A stretch of 63,724 bases of DNA, filler included, from Aduncisulcus paluster (GCA_024181965.1; 42 parts of 42 records of this genome joined end to end with filler, not necessarily neighbours in it), one strand, 5' to 3'; shown: positions 32,638 to 44,363, counted from the first letter of the whole stretch. Notes: a model not told the origin generated them from the letters alone. Translations and numbers: made by a program.

Positions 32638-33048
32638 AAAAACATAACAAATGTATTAAAACAAGAAGTAGACATTCATGATATATCAGTTTTAATAGTA
32701 GAAGACAATCTCACAAATCAAATGTATATGAAAGCTTTAATGGATACATTATCTCTAAAATTTACGATTGCCAACAACGGTTTAGAAGCTGTAGAACTTT
32801 ATGAAGTTGACAAATATGATATTATATTAATGGATGAAAATATGCCTCTGATGAGTGGAAGTGAAGCAACTGTTAAAATTCGAGATATTGAAAAAAACAC
32901 CAAATATCATACACCTATTATTGCACTTACTGCAAATGCTTTAAAAGGTGATAAAGAAAAATTTATAAACATAGGAATGGATGACTATTTATCTAAACCA
33001 ATTAGAAAAGAAGACTTAAAAAATATAATTTATAAATTTATAAAATAG
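32638..33048 (+). CDS. Receiver domain, C-terminus of a hybrid histidine kinase
   Basis: LIVEDN; ILMDENMP; IIALTANA; YLSKP. Confidence 0.8.
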   Translation, partial: KNITNVLKQEVDIHDISVLIVEDNLTNQMYMKALMDTLSLKFTIANNGLEAVELYEVDKYDIILMDENMPLMSGSEATVKIRDIEKNTKYHTPIIALTANALKGDKEKFINIGMDDYLSKPIRKEDLKNIIYKFIK

Positions 33049-33166
33049 ACAAAAATGAGTACAATTGTATTTTGTCTATGCAAATATAATTATTATAAGT
33101 TAAATTAATCATATCTTCAATTCTTATACTATAAAATAAACCAAAATAATATATAGGAATAAAATA

Positions 33167-33712
33167 ATGTTATACACATGTGGACATAAAATACCAGATA
33201 GTGATAGTATCATATCAGCTATTGCAATGGCATATCTAAAAAATAGTCTTGGAACTGAGGCAAAAGCTGTTAGACAAGGTGATATTAACCCAGAAACTCA
33301 ATTTATCTTAGAAAAATTTAATCTAGAAGCACCAGAGTTAAAAACATCTTTTGCAGGTTGTGATCTTTTTATGACAGATTACAATAATTATACAGAAGCA
33401 CCAGATGACTTAAAAGAAGCAAATATTATTGGTATTGTTGACCATCATAAACTGGGTGGTCTTGTTACATCAGCACCATTAGATTGTTGGATTAGAGCTG
33501 TAGGCTGTACTAATACAATTGTTAAAGAGATGTTTGACTATTATGAAGTAGAGATTCCTCAAAATATAGCTGGAGCAATGATGTGTGCTATTTTAAGTGA
33601 CACAGTAATTTTCAAATCTCCTACATGTACAAAAATTGATACAAAAGTTACAAAACAATTAGCAAAAATAGCTGGTATTGAAGATTTTAAAGCGATTGGT
33701 CTAGAGATGTTT
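33167..33712 (+). CDS. ppaC: Mn-dependent inorganic pyrophosphatase, 3'-truncated
   Basis: GHKIPDSDS; VDHHK; AILSDTVIFKSPT. Confidence 0.9.
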
Positions 33713-33822
33713 NNNNNNNNNNNNNNNNNNNNNNNNNNNNNNNNNNNNNNNNNNNNTTAATTAATTAANNNNNNNNNNNNNNNNNNNNNNNNNNNNNNNN
33801 NNNNNNNNNNNNAAACTCTACA

Positions 33823-35124
33823 ATGTACAAACTATTCAAACTCTTAAGTTTAATGATAATTATAACAATTTTTTCAGGATGTGTGAAAGAAAATACTTAT
33901 AAACACTCTATAAAAGATTTAGAAAATATAAAACAAAAACCTACACTCTATGCAAAAAAAATACAACAAATTTCTCATAAGTCGAAGAAGGAATTTATTA
34001 AAGAATATAAAAAATATTACTTTTATCCTTGGCACATAAATCGATTTTCAGTAAGTTATAAAAATGCAACTTGGGGAAATATGTATGCAAAAATGGATGT
34101 TTATTCAGAAAACCTGACTCCTATCTCAAAAAAATGGTTCACATCCATTATTGATGAATCAAATTTTAGAAAGTTTAACACTCTAAGAAAAAAAGCAATT
34201 ACTATAAATAGTTCTCATATAAGAGTTTTTCCAACAGTGAGTAAAATTTTTTATGACCCAAAAAAAGCAGGCGAGGGTTTCCCTTTTGATTATAATGAAA
34301 ATTCTAGTATCAAAATAAACACACCACTTTTTGTATCTCACCTATCAAAAAATAAACTATGGGCATATATCGAATCAAGTGTTGCTATTGGATGGATAAA
34401 AGTAAGTGATATAGCGTATGTAAACAAGAAGTTTAGAAGAACTTTTGAGAACAATAACTATTATATAAGTATAAAAGATGATACAAATATTTATAAAAAT
34501 GGTTATCTACTTAAAAGTGTTAGCCTAGGAACACTTTTCCCTAAAGCAAAAAAAGGTTTTATAATAGCTTCAAAAGATTATAAAAACAATGCTTTTATCC
34601 GAGTAATAGATAGAAATAGAAACTTAAAGAAACTTGGATTGGATTTTAATTTAGAAAATATTACAAAAATTAGCAATGAACTTATAGGTGAACGCTATGG
34701 ATGGGGAGGATTACTTGAAAATAGAGACTGTTCTTTGATGACAAAAGATTTTTATGCACCTTTTGGAATATTTTTAAATAGAAACTCTGGTATGCAAAAA
34801 AACAATGGACACTCAATAGATATAAGTAAGATGGATGATATACAGAAAAAGGAGTTTATTTTGAACAATGCTGTACCTTTTCAAACTCTTATTTATCTAC
34901 CCGGACATATTATGATTTATGTAGGGGTAAAAGAGAATGAACCACTAGTGTTTCACAATGTTTGGGGTGTTAAAACGATAGATAAAAATGGTAAAGAGGG
35001 GAGAAGTGTTATAGGAAAAGCTGTAGTAACGACCCTTTCATTTGGAAAAGAGTTGGAAAACTATTCACAAGAGCATTCATTGTTAAGCCGTATTGAGGCG
35101 ATCACAATGATTACATCTATATAA
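33823..35124 (+). CDS. NlpC/P60 cell-wall peptidase lipoprotein with SH3 domains
   Basis: Lipobox FSGC; GEGFPFDY; YGWGG...RDCS; GHIMIYVG. Confidence 0.85.
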   Translation: MYKLFKLLSLMIIITIFSGCVKENTYKHSIKDLENIKQKPTLYAKKIQQISHKSKKEFIKEYKKYYFYPWHINRFSVSYKNATWGNMYAKMDVYSENLTPISKKWFTSIIDESNFRKFNTLRKKAITINSSHIRVFPTVSKIFYDPKKAGEGFPFDYNENSSIKINTPLFVSHLSKNKLWAYIESSVAIGWIKVSDIAYVNKKFRRTFENNNYYISIKDDTNIYKNGYLLKSVSLGTLFPKAKKGFIIASKDYKNNAFIRVIDRNRNLKKLGLDFNLENITKISNELIGERYGWGGLLENRDCSLMTKDFYAPFGIFLNRNSGMQKNNGHSIDISKMDDIQKKEFILNNAVPFQTLIYLPGHIMIYVGVKENEPLVFHNVWGVKTIDKNGKEGRSVIGKAVVTTLSFGKELENYSQEHSLLSRIEAITMITSI

Positions 35125-35130
35125 ATTTAT

Positions 35131-35252
35131 CTAAACACACTCTGCTTTAAAATATTTTTTTAGTAAAAATGGTGGTATAACTGTTGTGATGATGATTACA
35201 AAAATAAGCATTGCATAGATATCATTTGGTAAAACCCCATTTACTCTTCCCA
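35131..35252 (-). CDS. Cation:proton antiporter C-terminus
   Basis: Manual translation GRVNGVLPNDIYAMLIFVIIITTVIPPFLLK...*. Confidence 0.6.
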
Positions 35253-35352
35253 NNNNNNNNNNNNNNNNNNNNNNNNNNNNNNNNNNNNNNNNNNNNTTAA
35301 TTAATTAANNNNNNNNNNNNNNNNNNNNNNNNNNNNNNNNNNNNNNNNNNNN

Positions 35353-35503
35353 GTTTAGAGACTACGTTTGGGATGATGATTTCATCGATAATGCAACGAT
35401 AAGAGCTGAGGTAAATAGGGTAAAAAAAGTTTTAAAAGAAGATTTTATAAATAATATTCGTGGTGTTGGTTATATGATAGAACGTCCAAATAAATATAAT
35501 TAA
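35353..35503 (+). CDS. OmpR-type response regulator C-terminus
   Basis: Manual translation DYVWDDDFIDNATIRAEVNRVKK...NIRGVGY. Confidence 0.8.
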
Positions 35504-35525
35504 ACGCTCTATATTATAAATATCT

Positions 35526-36450
35526 TTATAAAATTATATTAAAAGTATACCCTACTAATAATATACCAAATCCAACTATTGCAAAAAACATTGCTATTAG
35601 TTTTACGTGTAAAATTCTTTTTAATATCATCGCTTCTGGAAGACTTAGTGCTGTTACTGCCATCATAAAAGATAATGCACTTCCTAAAAGCATCCCTTTT
35701 TGTGTTAAAACTTCAACTAAAGGCATAACTCCAGCTGCATTTGAATACATAGGGATTCCCATTAAAACTGCCATTGGCACTGCATACCAAGCATCACCAC
35801 CAGCCCATTTAGCTATAAAATCAGCTGGAATATATCCATGAATAAATGCTCCTATACCAACACCAATCAATACATAAATATAGATCTTTTCAAATATATC
35901 TTTAGTATAATCCCAAGCTTCTTTTGCTCTTTGTTGTATAGATAATGTGATTTTCACATTTTCTAGTTCTCCCTCTATTGGTGTAACTGGAATCAAAATA
36001 TACTTATCTACGTTTTTAATCTTACCGATAAAGTATCCACCTAAAATAGCTACTAATAAACCAAATCCTATGTAAATAGCAGTAACTTTCCAACCAAACA
36101 ATCCAAAAAGTAGGGCGATAGCTATCTCATTATTTAAAGGTGCTGATATCAAAAAACTAAAAGTGATACCTACTGGAATCCTTGCTTGCATAAATCCTAA
36201 AAATAGAGGAATAGCGCTACAGCTACAAAATGGTGTGATAATACCAAATAATGCAGCTAAAATATTTCCTGTAAATTCAGACTTCCCTTGTAGGTATACT
36301 CTTACTTTTTCAGTATTAAAAAAAGTTCTAAGAAAACTTACTATAAAAATGATACTTATGAGTAAAAATAAAATCTTTAAAGTATCATAGATAAAAAAGT
36401 GTAAAGCTTCTGCTAATGCAGTATCTTTTTCTAATGCTAAAGTGTTATAA
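35526..36450 (-). CDS. ArsP/DUF318 family permease, 5'-truncated
   Basis: TPFCSCSAIP; FLISAPLNNE; GIPMYSNAAG; ALSLPE. Confidence 0.85.
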
Positions 36451-36550
36451 NNNNNNNNNNNNNNNNNNNNNNNNNNNNNNNNNNNNNNNNNNNNTTAATT
36501 AATTAANNNNNNNNNNNNNNNNNNNNNNNNNNNNNNNNNNNNNNNNNNNN

Positions 36551-37724
36551 GTTACGCGGTAAATTGGGATATCAAGAGATTAAAGTTAACTCAATGTATC
36601 AAAAAATCAAAGTTCTCAATGAAGTAAAACCAGAGAAAAAAGATATCTCACTGACCATTGATATAGAACTGCAGAAATATGTTCACGAGTTATTTGGCGA
36701 TAAAGCAGGTGCTGTTGTTGTGATGAATGTTAAAAATGGAGAACTTTTAGCAGCTGGAAGTTTTCCTGAGTTTGATAACAATCTTTTTGTAAATGGAATT
36801 AGCCATAAAGAGTGGAAAAAGATTCAAGAAAATTTTAATCATCCTTTTACAAATAAGTTGATTAATGGTACATATCCTCCTGGATCAGTAATGAAAATGG
36901 GTGTTGCTTTATCTTTTTTAGAAAATAATATTTCTCCAAATTATAGTGTGTATTGTAATGGAGAGATGTTACTAGGGGATAGAAAATTCAGGTGTTGGAA
37001 TAATAAGGGACATGGACATACCTCTTTTGTAAAAGCGTTAAGAGAGAGTTGTGATGATTTTTTTTATAAAGGAAGTTTAAAAGTGGGAATAAATAATATT
37101 CATAACACTTTAGATCGTTTTGGTATTGGGAAAAAAACAGGAGTTGATTTACCAAATGAATCTGCTGGGATAAATCCAAATAAAAAATGGAAACAAACAC
37201 AAAGAAATCTTCCTTGGTATGTTGGGGAAACTGTTGTTGCTTCAATTGGTCAAGGGTTTATAAGTGTTACACCTATGCAAATTGCACGATACACAGGAGC
37301 AATGGCAACAAACAAACTTCAAACACCTCATTTTTTAAAGGATGATTCATTAATACAAAGTATAGATACTAAAATTCCTAAAAGAGATTTACGAATTATC
37401 CAAAAAGGGATGTATGATGTTGCTAATAGAGTAAAAGGAACAGCAGTTAATTATATAAAGTCAAAAACTATTGTTGCTGCTAAAACAGGAACAGCTCAAG
37501 TTGTAGGTATTCCTCAATCAGAAAAAAAGAGGATGAAAGAGCATGAGTTAGAATATTTTCAGCGTTCACAAGCTTGGCTTAATACTTATGCGCCTTATGG
37601 AAATCCACAATATGTAGTAACCATATTGGTTGAACATGGTGGTCATGGTGGAAGTGCTGCTGGTCCGATGGCAGGAAAAATTTATGATAAACTTATTGAG
37701 TTAGGATATATGAATGCAAAATAA
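36551..37724 (+). CDS. mrdA: Penicillin-binding protein 2, 5'-truncated
   Basis: YPPGSVMK (SxxK); SCD; KTGTAQV; EHGGHGG. Confidence 0.9.
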
Positions 37725-38003
37725 CATTTTATATAAAGAGATGTATAAAGAGATACAAAATGCTCATTATATTTTACTAGTTACTCATAAAAACCCAGAT
37801 CCAGATACTCTATCATCTGCTTTATCTTTGAGTAACTTTTTATTTGAGAGTAGACTGAAGCATAAGGTATTTAATATTTCAAAAGATCTTCCTAGAAAAT
37901 TAAATTTTCTTAGTAGATATAATAAAATTTCTTTTTCTTTACCTAAATATTATGACTTAATTATATATCTTGATTGTGCAAACGAACATAGAGTGGGGAT
38001 CTC
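37714..38003 (+). CDS. DHH family phosphoesterase (NrnA-like), N-terminal fragment
   Basis: THKNPDPDTLSS; LIIYLDC. Confidence 0.8.
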
Positions 38004-38103
38004 NNNNNNNNNNNNNNNNNNNNNNNNNNNNNNNNNNNNNNNNNNNNTTAATTAATTAANNNNNNNNNNNNNNNNNNNNNNNNNNNNNNNNNNNNNNNNN
38101 NNN

Positions 38104-38372
38104 ACTTTACAAGCAGAGATTTGATCTTCAGACCAGATGAAAATATTTGTTCCAGAAAGCTCTAAAGCTTCATGTCCTGCATTATTAATTGCAATTGAAA
38201 CTAAAGAGTTTTTAGCAACTTGAACTTTTGCACCAATTTCAGCAGCAGCAACTCTTAAAGTTTCTAAATCTTTATGAGATGTACCTCTATAATCTGCAAC
38301 AACAATAGCTTGTGCATCTTTAAATTGAACTGATAATGATTCAACAATTTCATTTTTTTGTATTTTAGTCAT
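38104..38372 (-). CDS. rplJ: 50S ribosomal protein L10, 3'-truncated
   Basis: VVADYRG; VAKNSL; downstream of rplA. Confidence 0.95.
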
Positions 38373-38396
38373 ATATTCCTCCTTTCAAAAACAATA

Positions 38397-38448
38397 GAAC
38401 TTCGGCAGGTTTTACTAGATTAAAAATCTAACCGGCTGTCTTTAGTTT
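38397..38448 (-). ncRNA. Ribosomal protein L10 leader
   Basis: Minus strand AAGACAGCCGGT-hairpin-AAACCTGCCGAAG in the rplA-rplJ intergenic region, matching the L10 leader pattern. Confidence 0.7.
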
Positions 38449-38479
38449 TTAAGATAAAGCTTCTCTATCGAGAAACTTT

Positions 38480-39147
38480 TTATTTAATATCCATAAGTTC
38501 TAAACTATCAACAATTACAGATGGACTCATTGTTAAAGAGATAGCAGCTTTAGTAACATACTTTCCTTTAGCTGAAGCTGGTTTAGCTTTATTTACAGTT
38601 GCCATAATAGTTGTAATATTTTCAACTAATGCTTCTGTTGTAAATGAAACTTTACCAACACCTGCATGAATATTACCTTTTTTATCAACTCTATATGTTA
38701 CTTTTCCACCTTTAGAATCTGTAACTGCTTTAGTTACATCCATAGTTACTGTTCCTGTCTTAGGGTTTGGCATTAACCCTTTTGGTCCAAGTATTCTACC
38801 AATTTTACCAACTAATCCCATTGTATCTGGTGTAGCAATAAGTACATCAAAGTCAATGTTTCCAGCTTGAATAGATTCAACTAAATCATCATTACCAACA
38901 ATATCAGCACCAGCTGCTTTTGCTTCATCCATTTTAGTTCCCTTAGCAAAAACTGCAACTCTAACAGTTTTACCAGTACCATTTGGAAGTACAACTGCAC
39001 CTCTAATCATTTGATCTGCATGTCTAGGATCAACATTTAAATTTAATGCAATGTCAACAGTTTCATCAAATTTAGCTGATTTTAATTCTTTTACTAATGC
39101 AACAGCATCAGCTAATGCATATGCTTTTGTACTATCTACTTTTTCTA
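38480..39147 (-). CDS. rplA: 50S ribosomal protein L1, 5'-truncated
   Basis: [33 protein letters not shown]. Confidence 0.97.
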
Positions 39148-39247
39148 NNNNNNNNNNNNNNNNNNNNNNNNNNNNNNNNNNNNNNNNNNNNTTAATTAAT
39201 TAANNNNNNNNNNNNNNNNNNNNNNNNNNNNNNNNNNNNNNNNNNNN

Positions 39248-40129
39248 TTTTTACCTCTTACTTTACTTTACTGTATCATCACCACTTTTAAAAGAGTATC
39301 TAAAAAACCTATTTATCATGGAATACCTGTTATTAGTATAGGAAATCTCCTCGTAGGTGGAACTGGCAAAACGCCTGTAACTATTGCTTTAGCAAAACAA
39401 AAAGATGATGTAGCAATTGTTTTACGAGGATATGGAAGAGAATCACAAGGGCTTTTTGTTATCTCTTTAAGAGGTGATATTTTAGAAGATGTAAAAACAA
39501 GTGGTGATGAGGCGATGCTTTTAGCTAAATCTCTTCGAACTGCTACAGTGATCGTATCTGAAAATAGAACCCAAGCTATTATTAAAGCAAAAGAGTTAGG
39601 GTGTAAAATAGTTTTTTTAGATGATGGTTATGGAAAACATGAGATATTGAAGTATGATATCCTTCTTCGACCTAAAGAGGAGCCTACAAATATTTTTTGT
39701 CTTCCTAGTGGTGGGTATAGAGATACAAAAATGATGTATTCATTTGCTGACTGTGTTGTAAAAGAAGATATAGATTTTAAGAGAGAAGTTTGTTTTAAAG
39801 ATACTCAGCACAATATAATAGAAACTCTTCCAAAAGATACTGTTTTGGTAACGGCTATTTCAAAGCCATATAGGCTTTTGGAGTATTTACCTCAATCTAT
39901 AAAGATGGTAAGTTATCCAGATCATTATAGTTTTATCCAAAATGATATAGATGAAATTGAACAAAAATATCCAAACTATACACTTATCACTACTGCAAAA
40001 GATATGGTAAAATTGAATCTTTTAGAGATAAAAGCTCCAATTATTTTGATGGATTTGGAAGTGAAAGTAAGTGATGAAGTTATCAAAAAAGTTAATAGTT
40101 ATATTAACCATTTTAGTAAAACTCACTAG
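39248..40129 (+). CDS. lpxK: Tetraacyldisaccharide 4'-kinase, 5'-truncated
   Basis: ISIGNLLVGGTGKTP; RGYGR; GDEA; LDDGY; YPDHY; TTAKD. Confidence 0.9.
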   Translation, partial: FLPLTLLYCIITTFKRVSKKPIYHGIPVISIGNLLVGGTGKTPVTIALAKQKDDVAIVLRGYGRESQGLFVISLRGDILEDVKTSGDEAMLLAKSLRTATVIVSENRTQAIIKAKELGCKIVFLDDGYGKHEILKYDILLRPKEEPTNIFCLPSGGYRDTKMMYSFADCVVKEDIDFKREVCFKDTQHNIIETLPKDTVLVTAISKPYRLLEYLPQSIKMVSYPDHYSFIQNDIDEIEQKYPNYTLITTAKDMVKLNLLEIKAPIILMDLEVKVSDEVIKKVNSYINHFSKTH

Positions 40130-40854
40130 TCGTTAAAAAACTTTTTGATATCTTCTTCGATATCTTCCATTTGAGATTCTTCAAAATGTTCTTTTGCATA
40201 CTCTAAATGAAGTCCATCTTCAAAAAACATTTGAACTAACTCTTTATCTACATGATTATCTTTTATCATAAAAGTAAAAATTCTAAAAATTTGACTTAGA
40301 GTATTTGGTTTTTTATATGGTCTATCTTTTGAGCTTAATGCTTCAAAAATATCTGCAATAACTAAAATCTTGTCTTTGAGTGTAAGTGGCAAGTCTTTTA
40401 TCTCTTTTGCTGCATATCCACCACCATTGATTGTTTTGTGATGAGAACAAGCAATTTTTGGTACATCTACAAACTTTTTAGGAAATGGTAAATCTTTAAT
40501 CATCTCGTATGACACAATCACATGGTTGTTGATAATCTCTCTATCTTCAGCTGTGAGTGTTCCTTTTCGTGTAGAAAGATTATAAAGCTCATTTTCTGTG
40601 AGTAGTTTGTAGTTTGATTCTTTTGCTATAGCAGTTACTCTATCATACTCTTCATCTTTGGCAAAATATTCACCATTGTTCAATTTTGAGATAAGTTCAA
40701 AGTCACTTTGTAGTTGAGTAATTTTCTCATTTTTCGTAGTTTCATCTATAGCATTTTGTAAAAATAAAATCTCTAAATCTTTTTTTTCTAGTTCAAATCG
40801 AAGCTCAATAGTATGCAATCTATTATAAATCGTTTCAAGTTTGGTTGCTTTGTC
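40126..40854 (-). CDS. HD-GYP-like phosphodiesterase C-terminal fragment
   Basis: KGTLTAEDREIINNHV; ADIFEALSSKDRPYK. Confidence 0.8.
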   Translation of the reverse strand, partial: DKATKLETIYNRLHTIELRFELEKKDLEILFLQNAIDETTKNEKITQLQSDFELISKLNNGEYFAKDEEYDRVTAIAKESNYKLLTENELYNLSTRKGTLTAEDREIINNHVIVSYEMIKDLPFPKKFVDVPKIACSHHKTINGGGYAAKEIKDLPLTLKDKILVIADIFEALSSKDRPYKKPNTLSQIFRIFTFMIKDNHVDKELVQMFFEDGLHLEYAKEHFEESQMEDIEEDIKKFFND

Positions 40855-40954
40855 NNNNNNNNNNNNNNNNNNNNNNNNNNNNNNNNNNNNNNNNNNNNTT
40901 AATTAATTAANNNNNNNNNNNNNNNNNNNNNNNNNNNNNNNNNNNNNNNNNNNN

Positions 40955-42316
40955 ATTACCGCGTACGATAAATACGGCGGCGACGATACAAGTCAATGGC
41001 CTCCGCTTCGTGAGCGCTCTGGCCGCCTCACAGGTCTTCTGCGAGCAAAAATTCTCGGGGGCGGTTCCGCGATTAATGCGGCTGCATATGTGCGCGCAAC
41101 TGCGGCCGATCACCTCCGGTGGGCCCAATCCGGACTCCCAGATTGGGGACTGGCCGAAACCTTGGAGTTCTATAAAAAGTGTGAATCCGCCGATTTCGGT
41201 GACGATCAGTGGCATGGCAGATCTGGACCGATGCCCGTACATCTACGTGCGCTCAAAGATCTCACAGACGATGCACAAAGATTTGTGCGGGCTTGTCAAG
41301 AACTAGGCTTTCCTTTTATCGAAGATATGTCTTTGCAAGTGGACCCTGGAGTGGCTATCTACCCATCCAATGTTGTGGGCGATGTACGGGTAAACACAGC
41401 TATGGCCTACCTCAACAATCGTGTTCGGGAACGGTCAAATTTGACAATCCGTGGTAAAGCTCTTGTGGATAGAATTCTATTTGACGGGAATGTCACCAAA
41501 GCAGTGGCCCTCGCCGATGGAAGTGTGTTGTCGGCGCCTGCAGTGATCCTGTCGGCAGGCGCGATCGGGACTGGGGCGATCTTACTGAGATCAGGTATAG
41601 GTCCTCGGGAGCATCTGGGCGCGCTTGATATACCGCTAGTGAGTGACCTTCCGGTGGGTCAGAACCTCAGTGATCAAGCGAATGTTTATGTGCAGTCCAA
41701 CACTCACGCGGGAGCCAGCGGCTCCAAGCCGCCGATTGGCGCTGCCCTGTGGGCCCGAAGTTCAAAGAATACCGACGGCCTGGACCTATATTTAGGGTTC
41801 AATCACCTGCCAGACGTCTCGCTTTCCCCCACGGGAGCGGCATTTGGAGCGGTGGTCTGCCAATGCCGGCCCGTGTCGCGTGGCCAAATGTACTTAACCA
41901 GCACTGACCCCGAGGATGGGCCGGCGGTGGACCTCAATCTGCTTTCTACAGAAGAAGAAGCCGATGCGCTTGCCGGCGGGATCAAGATTTACTCCGACCT
42001 CACGAGGTCCGAAGCCCTGCGATCTCGGGTCATCTCCAACGTGTTCCCCGATGGCTCGCTGGTTCCCGAGGAGTTCGATGTGTTGCGCACAGTGGTGCGC
42101 AAATACGCCACATCCACCCTCCATGTCACCGCCTCGGCTCCCATGGGCCCCAAGGGATCTCGCACCGCAGTAACCGACTCCAGCGGCCGAGTACATGGTG
42201 TGGTGGGACTGCGGGTTGCGGATGCCTCGGTGCTCCCGGATGTCACCTCGCAAGCAACCAACGCCGCTGTGGTGATGGCCGCGGAGAAACTCACGTCAGC
42301 CTGGACGACAGGCTAA
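40955..42316 (+). CDS. GMC family FAD oxidoreductase, 5'-truncated (high-GC contig)
   Basis: AKILGGGSAINAAAYVR; LSAGAIGT..ILLRSGIG; GRVHGVVGLRVADASV; TNAAVVMAAE. Confidence 0.9.
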   Translation: MTAYDKYGGDDTSQWPPLRERSGRLTGLLRAKILGGGSAINAAAYVRATAADHLRWAQSGLPDWGLAETLEFYKKCESADFGDDQWHGRSGPMPVHLRALKDLTDDAQRFVRACQELGFPFIEDMSLQVDPGVAIYPSNVVGDVRVNTAMAYLNNRVRERSNLTIRGKALVDRILFDGNVTKAVALADGSVLSAPAVILSAGAIGTGAILLRSGIGPREHLGALDIPLVSDLPVGQNLSDQANVYVQSNTHAGASGSKPPIGAALWARSSKNTDGLDLYLGFNHLPDVSLSPTGAAFGAVVCQCRPVSRGQMYLTSTDPEDGPAVDLNLLSTEEEADALAGGIKIYSDLTRSEALRSRVISNVFPDGSLVPEEFDVLRTVVRKYATSTLHVTASAPMGPKGSRTAVTDSSGRVHGVVGLRVADASVLPDVTSQATNAAVVMAAEKLTSAWTTG

Positions 42317-42368
42317 ATCCAGCATCCCGTTGCGCCGTAGCCATGGCCAACTATCGAAAGGCTGAACC

Positions 42369-42689
42369 ATGCCGACTTCGGCAGCAGACCCCATGACAAG
42401 CCAATCACTTGAAGCCCGTGGGCCACTACTGATCAGCGGCTCAACGATACTCACGCTCAACCCGCCTACAAATGTCCTAGTGGACACCGACGTACTTGTC
42501 ATCGAAGGCAAGATTGCCGCCGTCGGCCCGCACCTAAGCCATCCAGACGGCACCAGAATTATCGACGGTACCGGGAAGATTCTGATGCCGGGACTTGTCG
42601 ATGCACATCAGCACACCTGGCAGAACCCGTTGCGGGGAATCGGTGTCGACTGGTCGTTAGTCGACTACTTCAATTACTTAATCTATAAC
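42369..42689 (+). CDS. Amidohydrolase family (SsnA/AtzA-like) N-terminal fragment
   Basis: DVLVIEGKIAAVG; ILMPGLVDAHQHTWQ (HxH). Confidence 0.85.
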
Positions 42690-42789
42690 NNNNNNNNNNN
42701 NNNNNNNNNNNNNNNNNNNNNNNNNNNNNNNNNTTAATTAATTAANNNNNNNNNNNNNNNNNNNNNNNNNNNNNNNNNNNNNNNNNNNN

Positions 42790-43416
42790 GATGGAAGAGC
42801 CTTATTAAATTTACTTGATTTTTCATCAAAAATTGAAAAACATATAACACTACATATTTTAAAAGAATTACGAATGAGTAGTATGGGAGATGGTGTAAGT
42901 TCTTCTCAAAGTCACTATGATATAACAAGTGCTATGATAAAATCACTAAGAGGTAGTGATGTTGATGCTGCTTTATATTATCTTGCTCGTTTGATTGATG
43001 GAGGTGAGAGTGTTGACTTTATATCAAGAAGACTTGTTATATTTGCTAGTGAAGATATAGGAAATGCAAATCCTCATGCATTAAACCTAGCAAATAGTAC
43101 AATGCAAAGTTGCAATAAAATTGGATTTCCTGAATCAAGAATAATTTTAGGGCAATGCGTAATTTATCTAGCTTCTTGTCCAAAATCAAATAGTGCTTAT
43201 AGTGCTATTAATAGTGCTTTATTTTATGTTGAAAATGAAAAGGTTTTAGATATACCACTACATCTTAAAGATGCACACATTGGATATAAATATCCTCATG
43301 ATTTTGGAGGATATGTTAAACAACAATATTTAGAAAAAAATATAACTTTTTATGAAAGTAAACAAATTGCTTATGAAAAAACGCTATCTGATTGGATATC
43401 TAAAATTAAGATATGA
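42790..43416 (+). CDS. rarA: Replication-associated recombination protein A, 5'-truncated
   Basis: HYDITSAMIKSLRGSDVDAALYYLARL; ASEDIGNA; PKSNSAY; YKYPHDF. Confidence 0.9.
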   Translation, partial: DGRALLNLLDFSSKIEKHITLHILKELRMSSMGDGVSSSQSHYDITSAMIKSLRGSDVDAALYYLARLIDGGESVDFISRRLVIFASEDIGNANPHALNLANSTMQSCNKIGFPESRIILGQCVIYLASCPKSNSAYSAINSALFYVENEKVLDIPLHLKDAHIGYKYPHDFGGYVKQQYLEKNITFYESKQIAYEKTLSDWISKIKI

Positions 43417-43458
43417 TATAATCACAAAATTAAAATGACAACACCTCTAGGAGAAAAA

Positions 43459-44352
43459 ATGAAACACCTTATAACCACAGCAGACTTTTCAAATGAAGAG
43501 ATTTTAAAACTTTTTGACGATGCAAAAATGTTTTTAGATTTAAAATCAAACAATCTTTTACAAGGAAAAATTATAGTTACACTATTTTTTGAAAACTCAA
43601 CTCGTACAAGAAGTAGTTTTGAAATTGCTGCAAAAAGATTAGGGGCAGAAGTTGTAAACTTAGAGGTACAAACAAGTTCAACAAAAAAAGGTGAAACAGT
43701 AGAAGATACTATTGCAAATTTAGATGCTATGAAACCTGATGCTATAATTATCAGACATAGTGATTGTGGATTGCCTGCAAGTTTAGTTAAATTCATAAAA
43801 TGCCCTATTTTAAATGCTGGTGACGGAAGAAATGCTCACCCTACTCAAGCATTACTTGATTTATACACAATTATGGATCATTATAATTATGATGTTGATG
43901 GAAAAAATGTAGCGATTGTTGGTGATATATTAAACTCAAGAGTTGCTTCATCAAACTTAGAGCTTCTGCCAAGATTTGGAATAAATCCTATTTTAGTAAC
44001 ACCAAAAATGTTTAATGTAGTTTCAGAATATAAAAGTGTTAAAAATATCAAAAAAGTTATAGATGATATAGATATAATTTTAAGTTTAAGAGTTCAGCAT
44101 GAAAGACATAACTTTTCAAGAACGCAAGAGGAATTAGAAAAAAGTACTAAAAAATATGCAAAAAAATATTGTATAACAAAAGATATCATTCAAAATAGAG
44201 ATCTTATTGTTTTACACCCTGGTCCTGTAAATAGAAATATTGATATAAGTGATGAAGTTTTATTGGATTCTCGCTCAAAAGTATTAGAACAAGTTACTAA
44301 TGGTGTTGCAATTAGAATGGCTTGTTTAAAAAAACTTATATTAAATCAGTAA
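43459..44352 (+). CDS. pyrB: Aspartate carbamoyltransferase catalytic subunit
   Basis: FFENSTRT; NAGDG..HPTQALLD; LHPGPVNR; QVTNGVAIRMA. Confidence 0.95.
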   Translation: MKHLITTADFSNEEILKLFDDAKMFLDLKSNNLLQGKIIVTLFFENSTRTRSSFEIAAKRLGAEVVNLEVQTSSTKKGETVEDTIANLDAMKPDAIIIRHSDCGLPASLVKFIKCPILNAGDGRNAHPTQALLDLYTIMDHYNYDVDGKNVAIVGDILNSRVASSNLELLPRFGINPILVTPKMFNVVSEYKSVKNIKKVIDDIDIILSLRVQHERHNFSRTQEELEKSTKKYAKKYCITKDIIQNRDLIVLHPGPVNRNIDISDEVLLDSRSKVLEQVTNGVAIRMACLKKLILNQ

Positions 44353-44363
44353 ATAAACACAAC

